Assembly (NCBI GenBank): GCA_013239625.1
Contig: MU054033.1
Coordinates: 310,001-374,000 of the forward strand
Direction of reading: 5' to 3'
Length of the DNA stretch: 64,000 bases
Source: Lama guanicoe
Lineage: Eukaryota
Below are positions 1 to 12,915 of this stretch, in pieces (position 1 is the stretch's first letter; every line of letters starts with the position of its first letter). The position numbers and the translations under genes were made by a program. The notes under the pieces were generated by a model, which was not told the origin of the DNA, made no database searches, and was given only the letters and a program-made list of their open reading frames with translations.

Positions 1-1200
1 AGGAGGCCTCGCTCGTGAGTGAACCTTGGAGCAGAGGAGGTGGGGGGTGAGCTGCAGGAAGGCCTGGAGAAGAGCTTTCCAGGCAGAGGGAAGATACATG
101 CAAACCCCAGAGGGAGAAGGGGCTGGAATCTTTGCTAATAAGGGAGTGAAGGATTAAGGAGTTGAGGTGAGGTCAGGAGCGTGCGTGTGTGTGTGCGCGC
201 GTGCGTGTGTGGAGGGGCTGGAAACGGGGCTCTGGCTGCTCCAAAGAGGAGGTGGAAGGTGCTGGAAGCTGTTGAGCACAAAAGCATTCATCTGACGTGC
301 TGAATAAGGTCAGGGCAGGCCTGTAGAGAGGGTGGCATTCTATGGGAGAGATCCAAGCAGAAGGAGCGTGGTAAGCTTTGTGTAAGCACACGTAGATAAA
401 AGTGCATGAATTCCCACATCACGACACCATGGTGGCAACCTCCTGGAAACCTCTGACCTGCTCCTCCCGGGCGGTCACCCCCACAGTAACCAGTCTTGTG
501 ACCTCCGTCCCTGCAGATGGCTCTGCCTGTTCATGACTGTGGTTTAAGTGGGATCATACAATACAGTCTTTCGTGTCTGGCTTCTGCTCAGCCTCACACT
601 TTTTTGAGAGTCACCCCTGCTGTTACAGGCGATGGTGTTTGAGGCCCCTTTTAGAGGTGCAAGTGTGTCTGCCGTGTGGACAGCAGATGCGGACGGGAGG
701 GTAGACCCCGGGAAGCCTGGGGTGGGGCTGCCACGTGACCCAGCAGAGCCGGGGTTCCTGGGACTGGGCGTGAGGAGGGCGGGGTGAGGACTGCCGCATG
801 CTGATGCATTTTGAAGATAGAGCAAAGAGCATTTCTTGATGACGCTAGAGGAAGAGGAGCCGAAGGTAAGGCAGAGTCAGAGTTTAGGGAGGCGGGCAGC
901 TACAGGGGGGCCGTCGGTGGAGAAAAGTGGGATCCCTGCTTGGACAAGCCGAGCGTGATGTGTCTGTGAGACGTGCAGGTGGAGATGTGAGCGGGTCCTC
1001 CGGTTTCTGAGCCTGGCTTTTCCGTGGAGAGGTCTGGTTCGGAAAGGCAAGCTGGGGTCTGGGCATTTTGCGGTTGTTGAAAGCTGGGTCCCTGAGGGGA
1101 GGGGACAGAAAGACAGGGAAAGTGTCTGCAGGCCCAGCTCTGGGGCCCTCTGGCGTTTACAGGGCCAGAGGTGAGAAGACACTCGCAATGGAGAGGGAGG
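1..1200. mobile_element. Old L2-like remnants interrupted by an L1M fragment (about 400-700)
   Basis: ttccaggcagagggaag..catgcaaa (L2-like) and gggatcatacaatacagtctttcgtgtctggcttct (L1M 3' region, minus strand). Confidence 0.55.
179..211. repeat. Alternating purine-pyrimidine (GT/GC)n
   Basis: gcgtgcgtgtgtgtgtgcgcgcgtgcgtgtgtg. Confidence 0.9.
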
Positions 1201-1752
1201 CAGGAGAGGATCCAAACATGGGAAGGGCAGTGAAGGGAGTCCAGGACGATGTGCATCAGAACACACGGGTGGCCCCGTGTCAGTGCTGAGCAGCGTGATG
1301 GCCAAACATGGTCAGGCAGGTTGCTCCATTCCCTCCGGGCTGTGCTGCTCTTCGGGAAGAGAGGTGGGGGTGGTGTAAATATTATGAGAAAGAGGGAATG
1401 CCAGCCTGAGGGGAAGGGATCTGGGAAGGCGCCACGGCTGCTGCCGGAATCCCCGGGGAGATGAAGCTGAGAGGACAGCCGTGTCCTGACGGATGTCTGA
1501 TGGAGGGCGGCCATGGGGCACATCCTCGGGAGAAGGACGCTGGGCGCCAGCGTGATTAGCACGTTGTTCGCTGTCCCCTCCAGCGCGTGGGCTCGCCCAT
1601 CCCCGCAGCTCTGTGCCTAGTCCGGGTCCTCGTTCGTTCTTTCTCACCGAGGCTTCGCTCTGTCTCTGTCAGCCTGCTCCTCGCAGGTGCAAAAGTCAGG
1701 CTCAGATCAGCGTTCACTGTAAAGAAGCTTTGAAGGTAAGTAACACCGCCTC

Positions 1753-2060
1753 TTACGGGCTGAATCGAGTCCCCCTAAAATAGACATAATGGAGTCCAGA
1801 CCCCCAATATCTCAGAGCGTGACCTGCTTTGGAGACGGCGTCTTTGTGGAAGTAAGGAAGCTGCGGGCACTCGGGTGGGCCCCAGTGCACTGTGACGGGT
1901 GTCTCCTCGCCGAGGGAGGACAGCGCGAGGACACAGCGAGAACCTGGCCGAGGAGAGAGGCTGCCGGAGACACGGGCCTGCCAACCCTTCGGTCTTGGAT
2001 TTCCGGCTCCAGAACTGCTGTGGAAGCTGCCCCTTTAAAAAACCAAACCAAACCAGTGTC
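1753..2060 (+). mobile_element. MLT1 (ERVL-MaLR) solo LTR
   Basis: gggctgaatcgagtcccc...gtgacctgctttggagac...ttggatttccggctccagaactg. Confidence 0.75.
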
Positions 2061-4544
2061 GCCACCTTTGATGATAACAGATGTGTATCTTTGCACATTC
2101 CCGCAAACTCAACAGATCTTCAGCTTTCAAATACGCCAGCTGGTCGACCTGCTCTGGGGATGAGCCCAACGTCTGGTCATGCAGGTTCCTGGTTGAGAGA
2201 GGCCACTCCAAACCTTCTGAACCCCTTCCCTCTGGACCTCGTTCACTCCACCCTAAGATTTCTCCAGTCAACTCTGACTTCCAAGGCTGCTGCAGCTGAT
2301 GATATAAAAACTCTCCCTTAAACAAACAGAAAGTAACTTACAGCATCATCATGGGACAACACACACTTGTTTTTTGTTTTTTTTTGTTTTTTTTCTTATA
2401 AGGGTTGGTTTTTTAAAAAAATATCTTCTCCCTCCTTACCTTTAATTAAAAACCTTCCACAGATTCAAAGTGAAAAAGTGATTCCTGCGTGCATGGGAAT
2501 AATTGATACTCCAAAGACTCTTCTGTGAAGCCAAGTGGAAACTGCATGAGCTCAGAGTGCCCACCCAGCGCTTCAGCTCACTCCTCTTCTGCTGGTTTTG
2601 CTGCAGTAACAAGCGGGCCCGACCGTGGAATCAGGCCCCAGGACTCGCGTCACAGTGACGGGTGCCAGGGTCTCGCCCCCTCCCCCTCCAGCGCGTCTGC
2701 TGTGGATGGGGGCTCCCAGCCTCCCAGCTCTGCCTGGTCCCCCTCCACCAAGCCAGGGGCTGTAGGTGCTGGGAAAGAGAGAAGGTTGATGAAAAGCCCT
2801 AATTCAGCCTCCTGAGTGGCCTCACTCCACCTTCAGCCAGCTCTTCACTCGGCCCCTGACACCGGGGCCTTTGTTGGGGGCTCTGAGGGCTGTCAGTGAT
2901 GGAGGCGGGTAGAAAAGGCGTTACGATGGCAGTATTGCAGGGAGACGGGCCTGGGCCTGGGCCTGGACTCACCTGGGGTTTGATATCTTTGCGGCAGACA
3001 TGGAATCAAAGCGAAGTTTACCTTGGCGAGAGACACGAGTGACTCCATTTTCTGGTCGCTGGCCTTTACGTCCTATTTCCAGAGCAGAGTTGGGTCAGGA
3101 AGGTAGAACCAGAGGCTAATGTTTACTCAACTCAAAGTCAGAAATAATGAAATGAAAAGTTACAAACTGTGAGGGCTGCTGCCAGTTGGGGGCTAGCAGC
3201 CCACGTTGAACGGACGCTGTGTGGCTTTCTCTCTGGCAGTTCAGGCGCCCGGTGCAACGTTGTCCTACGCGCGTTCCCAGAAACATCATCAAGTCGCTTT
3301 ACTATCGACATACGTCCTCTGGCCCAGTTCCCAGGCTAATGGACTCCCCACTTAGGGCTTTCTACTCCGCTCCTTTCCTGCGACTCCTTGTTCTCCTTAA
3401 CTGCTGCATTTCCAGCATCACGGATGTTTTTGATTTGACATGTTGCTGAGCTCGGTGACACGTGGCAGACGTTTCCAGTTGCCAGTGGATGTGCTGAGTC
3501 TTCACGCAGCCCAGCTCGTCAGAAAATCCATGCCCGTCTTTCCAGAGGCTCCTGGCCAGCCGCACGATCGCTCGTCCAGGCTGTGGTCTTTTCTCCCATG
3601 TGCGCTGGCTGTTGTTCTTTCATATTTTGGAAATCAGACCTTCGTTAAGGGGTGACCAAATCCAAGAATGCCAAGCTCTGGTGAATGAAAAGGAGGCTGC
3701 CTTGAAGTGGTCCAGATACGCCAGTGACTGCATCTAATTAAGTCACGACAAAGGTACTGCTTCAGATCAGCAGGTAGAGCTGAATGGATGAACAGTCTGA
3801 ATCACAAAACATGTTTAGGAGAAACACAGATCAAAAGCAGAGTCGCACGTTGCGCTCAAATCCAAGGGCATGGGTTGAACTTCATTAGTAAATTCTCTCT
3901 TAATACCGTCTCTGCTCTTAATGAAAGAGCTGTGTTTTAATCCCGGAGAAGGAGCCTGGACATCTGAACAGACCCACTCGTACTTTGCGGATGTAAATTT
4001 CTTTTATCTTATCGGTGCCTTAAATCAAGATGTCAAATTCGAGACCCATGTTGAGGGAAGGTCTGCAGAACATCTTGTTTGACTGGGTCACGGTTTCTGA
4101 TTACTCAGAATTTGCACGCTTTGGGAGACGGCGTCCACCCCTGGCTTCGGCGCGGCTGTGGGAAACCCTGACTCCTTAACAAGCCCGTCGGCATCAACAG
4201 TGCGTCCTTTCATCCTGTCATTCGGCCCTGAGTATACAGGATGCTGATCGGTGCTGCTCCACATGCACGCTCAGTACCAGCTTAGGCGCTGATGTCACCC
4301 ATGCTGTGACAATTAACGTGAAATTCAGCTCAAAACCCGACATTCTCCAAAGGGATTTTATTTCTGTGCATTCTCTGGCAGGCTGTTGAGTCTTTGAATA
4401 ATCTACATCAGATCCCGTGCGTCCGGGTGGTTTTCTGTTCACGTGGTCAGCACCCACCCATCAAGGCTGTTTGGAGATGGATCTTTCCTATAATTCTTTA
4501 TTCGTGAGCCTTGGTTAAGGGCTTGGCTGAGGGGGCAGAATGTG

Positions 4545-4810
4545 TGACTGTTATTCAGTAAGCTTTCTACTTCAGAATAGTTTGAGATTTGTAGAAAAGT
4601 GAAGATGGTGGAGGTTCCAAATACACCCCACTCCGTTTCCTGTTCGGGTTCAATCTTACCTAAGTACGAATTTATCACCGCGAAGGTGCCAACATCGGTA
4701 CGTTATTCATTACCAAAATCCACACTGTTCATGTCTTTCTTTAGCCTTTCCCTGATACCTCTTTTCTATTCTAGGATCCCACCGTGGTTACCGCATTTGT
4801 AGTTAGTCTC
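4545..4810 (-). mobile_element. Old L1M 3' fragment
   Basis: gaatagtttgagatttgtagaaaagt..aagat...ccccactccgtttcc. Confidence 0.6.
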
Positions 4811-5016
4811 TAGGCTTTAAATTGAAATTGTGAGATGGATCAAACTATGCAGTTAATGTATCATTTGCATTGCAACCAACCACACTTACATTTTTTTTGA
4901 ATAAAATGTTTTCCTCTCTATAAATATCAAAAAAATCTAATAAGGAGCTAATAAATCACCATGACCTGATTGTTGCTACCGAAGGTTTGAGTTCTCCGCT
5001 GGCTCTGCATCGTCTT

Positions 5017-5049
5017 TGTGTGTGTGTGTATGTGTGTATGTGTGTGTGT
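5017..5049. repeat. Imperfect (TG)n microsatellite
   Basis: Direct reading. Confidence 0.9.
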
Positions 5050-5145
5050 TTACAGAGACAATCACCGACATCCAGTGGAGAGAGCGAGAGTGTTGTCGGT
5101 TCACGCTCTTGGCGGATGCGTGTGGCATTAGAAGCAAAGCTGTTG

Positions 5146-5345
5146 GCAGGGAGGGTACAGCTCAGTGGTAGAGTGCGTGCCTAACATGCATGAGGTCCTG
5201 GGTTCAAGTCCCAGTACTTCCATTAAATAAACAAACAAACAAAGAAATAAACCTAATTACTCCCCCACAAAAAATTTTCAAAGAAGATAAAATTTATACA
5301 GAAAAGAAAGAACTAGAAAAGCCACAACAGTTTTGAAAAAAAAAA
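5146..5345 (+). mobile_element. tRNA-derived SINE, vic-1-like (camelid), with extended tail
   Basis: A box AGCTCAGTGGTAGAG, B box GGGTTCAAGTCCC, then aataaacctaattactccccc and an A tail. TSD AAGCAAAGCTGT at 5132-5143 and 5346-5357. Confidence 0.9.
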
Positions 5346-6179
5346 AAGCAAAGCTGTCAGTACTTTAACCCAAATGAAGGATGTGTGATGTGCTCTGAGC
5401 TGTATCGTTGCTTTTGGGAAGAAGATAGTTAAGGCCTGAGGAGTGAGGACAGCCAGGTCTTCCCGGAACCTCTCCTCCCTTCAGGTCCTCCCCATCTCCA
5501 GACAGCCCGCGAGGGTGCGGGTACCAGCCCCACCCAGGTGGGCGCTGGTGTGAAGATGCTCTCAGGGCAGCCACGTGGGATACGTTAGGGGCTCACACCG
5601 CCTCGGAGCAGCCTGAGTGAACTGGCCTGGCGGTGAGCGCCGAGGTGGGGCGCGGGTGGGCGGGGCGTGTGGATTAAAGGCCGTTCGCCCAGCCCTGGCG
5701 ACCTGCGGAAGAACGTGCTAGTCGGGGAGATGGCAGAGTTCCTGATGCTGCATTCATTTTGGTGGCCCCTAAACTCACGGTGGTGGAGTCTTCCTTGGTC
5801 TTTGCCACGAGCCATGTCTTTCTGCAGCAGGAATGCAGACGTGAGCTGGTCTTTCCCCAGGTGAGCCCTTCAGCTGCTAAACCATCGCAGTTTGGGATCA
5901 GTAATCCTGGTCGCTCTAGCTTCTCAGGAGCTCGCCGTGTCTTGCATCCTTTAGTCATCGCCGCGTCTCCCTTGTGCGCACCACCCCCTCCCCCGCATCC
6001 TGTCTCCTTGGGCAGCCGGAGCCCCCTGCCCCAGGGCTGGGCAGTGGTCTGACGTGCTGAGTTAGTATCTAGTGACCTTTGCTCATCACATAATGCAGTG
6101 TGCTTCTCCCCGGCTTTCTCCCTGTTTTCTTTTCGGGTGTGAAATTTTAAAAAATCTAACAAAATTGACGTTTGATCCA

Positions 6180-6425
6180 AAGGTCACATATTATATGATT
6201 CCATTTATATAAAAAGTGTCCCAAACAGGTGAATCCATAGAGACAGCAAGCAGGTGAGTGGTCACAGGGTCTGAGGGAGGTGGGACTGGGGAGACTTCCG
6301 ACAGGAACAGGGTGTGTTTTGGGGGAGATGAAATACTGCGGATTTAGAACCTTGTGACTATACTAAAACCCACAGCACTTTAAAGTGCTCAATTGTATGG
6401 CATCTGAATTATGTCAATCAAAAAT
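6180..6425 (+). mobile_element. Old L1M 3' fragment
   Basis: cacatattatatgattccatttatat...aatccatagagacag. Confidence 0.7.
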
Positions 6426-8249
6426 CTGATGCTTATTCATTGTAGAGATGTTGAAAAATAAGAGAGGGCGTGTGAATCACCCATGTAATTGCAGATAACT
6501 AGGAGGGCCATTCTGACGTGCGGGTGGCAGTTTCTGTTGGTTCTGTTGTGTGTTTGTTTCACTTCTTCTTCTGGATTGTTCGTGGCCCTTAGGGCCAGGA
6601 GAAACCTTGCTGATATCTCTTGTGTTCTCACTTTGTCCCCAGGTTTGCATTTTCCCCTGTTAGATTTTGCTTATAAATTTCAGGAGGTGCAGCGTCTTGA
6701 ATGACAGCCGTGAGCTCCAGAAAGTAAATGGTGCCTTATTTCTCAGGAAGCAACAACAGGACCTAGTTTTGCTGAAACGTGTGGTGTCAGTCCTAGGGAC
6801 CTTGGCGATTGGATGTCGTGAATGTATTCGCGCGTTTCAACTTGCAGGGGGAAGGGGCTGGCTCTCAGCCTCTGCACACGTTCACATCCAAGTCCCAAAG
6901 CTTGGGGTCTCTGCTCTGAGCCTGCTGGACTGCTGGAAACGTACCCATTTTTCCAAATATGTAGACGACACTCTCTTGCTCAAATAGCCAAACTAAATTT
7001 CCTAGAGTAACGCTTAAGGCTGAAGGAAGGGGACAGTCACACCCCAGCCTCTGTACTGATGAGCACAGCGTATTCAGGGAGCATTTCTAAAGTCAGCAGT
7101 GACTTTGCACGTCTGTATGGGGGTGACGTCGGCTTATGAGTCGACAGAAGCATTTAGTTCGCCTCCGACTCTTCTCCTGCGAAGAGCATGCTTGTCCACA
7201 CCCTGACGCGGATGCACAGGAAAATACTTAACGCTCCCAAACTGCAGTCTGCCTCGGAGGACTCAGGAATCTTTTCCACAGTGGAATCGGGCAAATAGTG
7301 CTTATTTTTCTTCGGGGTGTGTATTTATTTGACTGTTTCACACCATTTGTCAATTTCTAAGCGGTTAATAATTTTTATGCCTCTTCAGATGTGTGTATAC
7401 AGTACAAGTGTGTTTGATTTCCTGTGGTCTCCCTACATTTAAACAGTGCTGAGTGACGGTGTGTGTGACATGCCAATTGAAAACGTCAAACCCAGGCTGA
7501 ACGGTGTTGATGGCCCGGCCCGCCTGGCTTGTGCCGTCTGTGTCCCGTAACAGCCCTGGGGTCCTGTCTCGGTTTCAGTGCCAGGCCCTCTGGTCCTCTC
7601 TGGAGATGCAGCACCGGATGTCCTCCAGCTGTTCCCAGGCCACTGAGGAACGTTAAAATAAAGGCAGTATCAGTTAAGGGCTCGGTGGGATTGCCGCAGG
7701 AGAGGTGTGCAGTTTGGGGGGGCTGGCTGCAGGGAGTAAAGATGCTGCTTCTGAGGGGTTCACCAGGGATGTTTTATGAGAGATGGCACAGGAGCCTGGC
7801 TTCTGACAGGTGGGTAAGTTTGGACCAGAAGTGACAGAAAGGAGGACTCTCCCATAACTGGCTGTGATGAACCCATTCAGAAGCAGTCGCCCCTGTCTGC
7901 TGCTTGGGAACTGGGGCTGAATTCTGAGGGTGCTGTAAGCTGACATGTCACCTCCCGTGTCCTGTCGTTTAGGAACCAGCGGTGTAGAGAGGATCAGCTT
8001 AGACACACGGGTGCCCTTAAGCGTCAGCCGGCCAGTGGTGTGTGTAGCTAAATACTCTGAAGAATCTTGTGTGCCTGGTTCTGTCTGAAAACCACTTGGA
8101 TTCCACTTCTAGACCTCAGCTTTTTTGAGCAAGGCTTTGTCTTAAGAGGGCTTTTGAGGTGCCTGCGTGATTTGTTCGTGCTTGTGCCTCATTTAAGAGA
8201 GACAAGTGGCGTGACCCAGTATTGAATTATAAACTACCCTTCATAAATT

Positions 8250-8590
8250 AAAAAAAAAACTAGTAAATACACCGAACATAAAGTTCGTCATCTTACCGAT
8301 TTTTCAAGTGCACGAGTCAGCTGCGTCTAATACATTCACATTGTTGCACACCCGGAACTTCCTCCGCTTCCCAAAATGAAGCTCTGGCCTTATTAAACAC
8401 GAATTCCTCATTCTCCCCCACCCCCTGGCCCACTGTCACCCACCATCCTACTGTCTGTCTGTGAAGCTGACTGCTCTAGGGAGCTCCTGAATCGTGTGGT
8501 ATTTGTTTTTCTGTGTCTGATGTTCCCCTCAGCTTAACGTCTTCAGGTTTCGCCCACGCTGCAGCGTGGGTCGGGATTTCCTTCTCTCTA
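8250..8590 (-). mobile_element. Old L1MB-like 3' fragment
   Basis: tacattcacattgttgcac...accaccatcctactgtctgtctgtgaa..gactgctctagg. Confidence 0.7.
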
Positions 8591-9521
8591 AAATGTGTCC
8601 CTGCACTGTCAGTGTGTCCCACTCTTGGATAGACTTGGATGCAGTAAACCGACTTGGATGATGTAAATCCAGATCCTTCCAGATGTGCCGTCAGTCACCC
8701 CTGACTCTCCATTTCTACCCCGCCCCCTACCTCCAACCACGGGGACCCAGTCAGGGCCAAGGATACCGGGTGAAAGTTTTGAAAGAACACCACGCTGGCG
8801 TACGGAGAAGGGTCTGTGAGGCCCCACACGGCTTCTAGGTCATCTGTCACCCGCCCATCCTTCCCCCGGCACTCCCCCAGGACTTTGTGCCGTGTTTCCG
8901 CCTGAGCCGACCAGAGCTGCTCTTGTCCTCGGTGTTTATGACTCTGGGGGTGGCTGCTCCGCTGACACAGCCTGTGATGGGCGGGGTTGCGATTTCCATA
9001 AAGATGGGAAACTTCTGTCCTTATAGTTACGGGTTAATTCATCCTTGGCTGCTGGCCGCCCGTGGGCCTGGGGGCCTGGAAGGGAATGAGCTGCTGAAGA
9101 AACGCTCCAATTCTGAACTTACTCAGAATTACCAGGGGCTTCTATCTGGAGGGCACTCTGCTGACTCTGGCCCCAGGAGGGTTTCATTTTACCAGCCCGT
9201 GTCACCATCTCTCCCTCCCTCCCTGGATGAAGCCGAGGGCTTCAGCCACATGTTCGCTTCCTCCCGACATGCTGCAAAGCACCTGCGTCCTGGGATGAGC
9301 CAAGATTTGCCATTCTTGGGATAAGTACCAAAGTCACTTTTGCTGTTCTCTCAGATCTGGTGCTACAGAAGCCCTTTGGAAGTGACCGAGATGCCCAGTC
9401 CCTCTAGGTTTTCTATACACAGTGGGCAGCTTTGCTCAAACACTATGGTCTTTGCACGAGAAGCAAAGCCAAGGCCAGGAAGGGAAATCTCACTGATGTG
9501 TGTCTTTGTTTTTCCCCCCAG

Positions 9522-9599
9522 GGCAAGTGGAGGTTCCGGACCCCAGTGACCCCCTGGGACAGCTGGACGGACATGACGGCCCTATTCCCACTCTGAAAG
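9522..9599 (+). CDS. ROR2: ROR2 coding exon 2 (78 nt, phase 1-1)
   Basis: Polypyrimidine tract + cccag acceptor and gtaaat donor. Encodes (G)[25 protein letters not shown](G), matching the ROR2 pre-Ig segment. Too short for the ORF track. Confidence 0.95.
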
Positions 9600-10169
9600 G
9601 TAAATGGTGACCGTGCTCTTAGAATGCACGTGTTGGAAGGTGCTTTCTGAGGGTACCAAGTCGAGGGGCTCCCCGTGCCGATCCTCTCAAGGCTCGGCCT
9701 GCCGAAACTGATGGCTGGGGTGCCCCGTGGTCCAGCGCCGCCCCGTTGATGGAGGGCAGGGGTAGACAGATGGCCACCGGAGGGAGGGAAGGGCTCTGGG
9801 GGAGCTCCGTGCGCCTGAGCGGAGCCTTGGGAGCTGGACTCCTGGCTTGGCCACGAAGTCTCCTGCTGACAAGCGGCCGTCCTCTGGGTTATTCTCGAGA
9901 TGTAGTTGTCCTGACTGGATGGACATCTCAGGCGGGCGGGTGGTTCTTCTCCACCGGGTCACCAAAGAGCAGGTCCTTTGTCTTGTCCCTCCAGCGTTTC
10001 CCAGAGGTCATTGTCAGGTCCCTGCTCACCTGGCGTACTTCTGAGGCGTCTTAGATTTGTAGAGTCAACAGATCTCATTTCCTGAGATGCCGCCCTGTTA
10101 TTTGAGGAAATGGGGCCTTTTTTGGCTTCATCTTCTGTCTCCATCTTGCGGTGCAATCTCACCGTGTCC

Positions 10170-10364
10170 TCTATTGGACAGAGAGCGAGCGAGCTCTGGT
10201 CTCTTCCAGTCTTAAAAAGACACAGATCCCTTCCTGGGGGCCCCACCCTCATGACCTCATCTTACCCTGGTTACTTCCCAAAGGCTCCAGCTCCTGACCT
10301 CACCCGGGGTCAGGGCTTCCACACGTGAATGGGATGGGGACACAGCACAATTCAGTGTATAACA
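10170..10364 (-). mobile_element. MLT1 LTR fragment
   Basis: ggccccaccctcatgacctcatc...ttcccaaagg...ggggacac..aattcagtgtataaca. Confidence 0.7.
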
Positions 10365-11349
10365 ATTATCTATCAGAACAGGCACTGTATTTTGATTTTG
10401 AAGCATGATTCAGAGCCCCGAAATCCACAATAGTTTCTCAGCCTCCTGCATGTTGAGAGTCCGTGTGCCCTCCCAGGAGTGTGTTCACTGCCGCGTGTCC
10501 AAGGCCAGGTCTTCTGGGCACTGAGCAGTGATGACTCAAATCCACCAGTCGCGGCCAAGATGGCCAGATGTCCCCCTGTGTCCCGAAAGGGCCTCTTGGG
10601 GTCCCACAGGGAGCTGAAGCTCCCCTCTGGCCTCAGAATAGTCGCTTACATCAAGGGCGGGTGGATCTACCTGCTGTTGGTTGTGCCCGGTGAGTGGAGG
10701 CTCCCTGAGAAGGATCTTCCCCTGCAGTATGCTATGCAGTAAATGCACAAGTCAGCTTGCTCCCATGGACCCCCCCGCAGCCTGGCTGCCTGGACGGGAG
10801 AGCCTGTCCCCGTGGCAGCCAAGGCCTGGGCTCCGGAAGCTTGTGTACGACGCTGGGCCCTCTGGAAACGTTTCTTAGGAAGAAAGATGGTTTGTGATGG
10901 TTGGGTTCTGAAGTCATTTCTCACCAGCATGACTGCGCCCGCAGTCCAGGCGGCCACACGTCTTTCCTGACTGCCCCTCCGGACCCGGCACACACACTGG
11001 GGATCCAACAAGTGTGTGGTCTCTGCCTCTTAGCATTTACTTGGCTGGGGATTCGGCTTCGTAAGGGAAAACTCTCAAGTTATGAAACCGGGCGTTCTGG
11101 TGAGTAGCCTGAAGGGAGGGACGAGGTCGCGGGCAGCTGGGAGGAAAGGAAGAAGTGTCTTGGTTTGGGGACAGATTGTGACCCTGGGATCTGGGGAGCT
11201 GATACTCGCTAAGAGAGGGTGGGAGGAGGTTGTGTCTGGGGTCAAAGTGGAGGCCTGGGCAAAGACCCCGAGGCCAAGAGGACTCGCTTCCGTGGGGTGG
11301 CTGAGAGAAGGTGGCAGCTCCTGGGCTGGGGTGGCCGAGGCTAGAGGTT

Positions 11350-11556
11350 ATTGGGTCCAGTCCCGTGGCCATCAGCCACGTGTAGGTCTTTAAATTTACG
11401 TTGATTAAAATTAAGTGAAGTTAAGAATCCAGGTCCTTGGTCTTACTAGCTATATCTCAAGTGCTCAGTGGCCACCTGTGACGAGAAGCCACCACTATGG
11501 GCAGCAGAGATATGGAACATTCCATCGTCCCAGGAAGTTTTGTCAGGCAGCCCTAG
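11350..11556. mobile_element. MER3-like hAT-Charlie MITE
   Basis: ttaaattt..attaaaattaag...ctcaagtgctcagtggccacctgtg...atatggaacatttccatcgtc resembles the MER3 reverse complement. Confidence 0.75.
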
Positions 11557-12269
11557 GGGAGCGTTCACGGCTCTCTAGGTGGCAGGAGAAAGCTCTGTTT
11601 CATCGTAAGAGCCTCCCTCTGCCCTGGAAAGACCTGGGACGTGGTGTCACCTGATTTACTCCCTGTAAGATCTTTCATTTCTGGAGGATGATGGAGAGGG
11701 GGTGGGAGGGCCATTAGGAGGGAGGCGTGGCCAGGGGAGCAGAAGTGGACACACCACTGCGACAGCCTCAAATCCAGCCTGCAATCATTCTGCAGATGTT
11801 CATATTCCCTTGGGAAAACATGCTGTGGTGCTGTGTTTAGATGTGCAGACCTCTCCCCTGCAACCCCGGCGGAGCAGGGGCCTCCTTGTGGCCCGGGCTG
11901 CGGATCTGCAGAGGCCGAGTGGGATGAGACCACTGCACCGGCTACCACTGTTCTCTAAGCCAGATGTTCACAGCTGCCCTCAGGGAAGCAGAAGCAGCTG
12001 CAGGACTCACGGTTCACTTGGATGGAAGATGCGTTTGCTGATCAAGTGGCTGAAATGACCGTAGACTGAATGGTCATAGAAATTTTATTCCCATCTAGCC
12101 GCAAGCTCCAAACATCAGCTTCAGTGCCTTAGGCGGGATTCTCTGACCTCCTGTTTGGGCTTGGAGTAACTTCTCAAGCCCAGAACAGGATGCTTTCTTA
12201 TGTCCTCTGCTTAGTTGGAATTCGATTGTCTTGTGACTGTTAACCTACTTGTGATTGTGTTAAAACCCT

Positions 12270-12915
12270 CTAAAAAACTAAAAATAGAGTTACCAAATGA
12301 TCCGAGGCATACATCCAGAGAAAACTCTTAATTTGAAAAGGCGTATGCCCCCCAGTGTTCATAGCACCACTATTTACAATAGCCAGGACATGGAAGCAAC
12401 CTAAATGTCCATCGAGAGATGACTGGATAAAGAAGATGTGATATATATACAGTGGAATAGTACTCAGCCATGAAAAAGAATGAAACAATGACATTTGCCG
12501 CAATGTGGTTGGACCTAGAGATGATCATACTAAGTGAAATAAATCACAGAGAAAGACAAATATTATATGATATCACTTATATGTGGAATCTAAAAAAAGT
12601 TACTTACAAAACAGAAGGAGACTCACAGAGATAGGAAACAAACTTCTGGTTACCAAAGGGGAAATGGAGGGAGGGATAAATTAGGAGTTTGGGATTAGCA
12701 GATACAAACTTGTATATACAGAATAGATAAGCCAGGTCCTACTGTACAGCACAGGGAACTCTATTCAAGCTTGTAATAACCTATAATGAAAAAGAATATA
12801 TATACATACACACACACAAATTGAATCACTATGCTGTATACCAGAAACTAACACAACATTGTAAATCAACTAGACTTCAATTACAAATAAAACAAAACAA
12901 AACAACCACCACAAA
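12270..12915 (+). mobile_element. 5'-truncated L1 (ORF2 end + 3' UTR), lineage-specific subfamily
   Basis: ccagtgttcatagca..ctatttacaatagccaggacatggaagcaacctaaatgtccatc and ggagtttgggattagcagatac..acagcacagggaactc, then an A-rich tail. Confidence 0.92.

Noticed and set aside
1728..4400. Five TCF/LEF CTTTGWW motifs in 2.7 kb of intron 1
   Set aside because: Only modestly above chance expectation (about 1 per 2 kb) and widely spaced.
5146..5222. tRNA-like sequences (also at 19681, 45825 and 57470)
   Set aside because: They are SINE heads with A-rich tails and TSDs, mutually diverged, and not functional tRNA genes.
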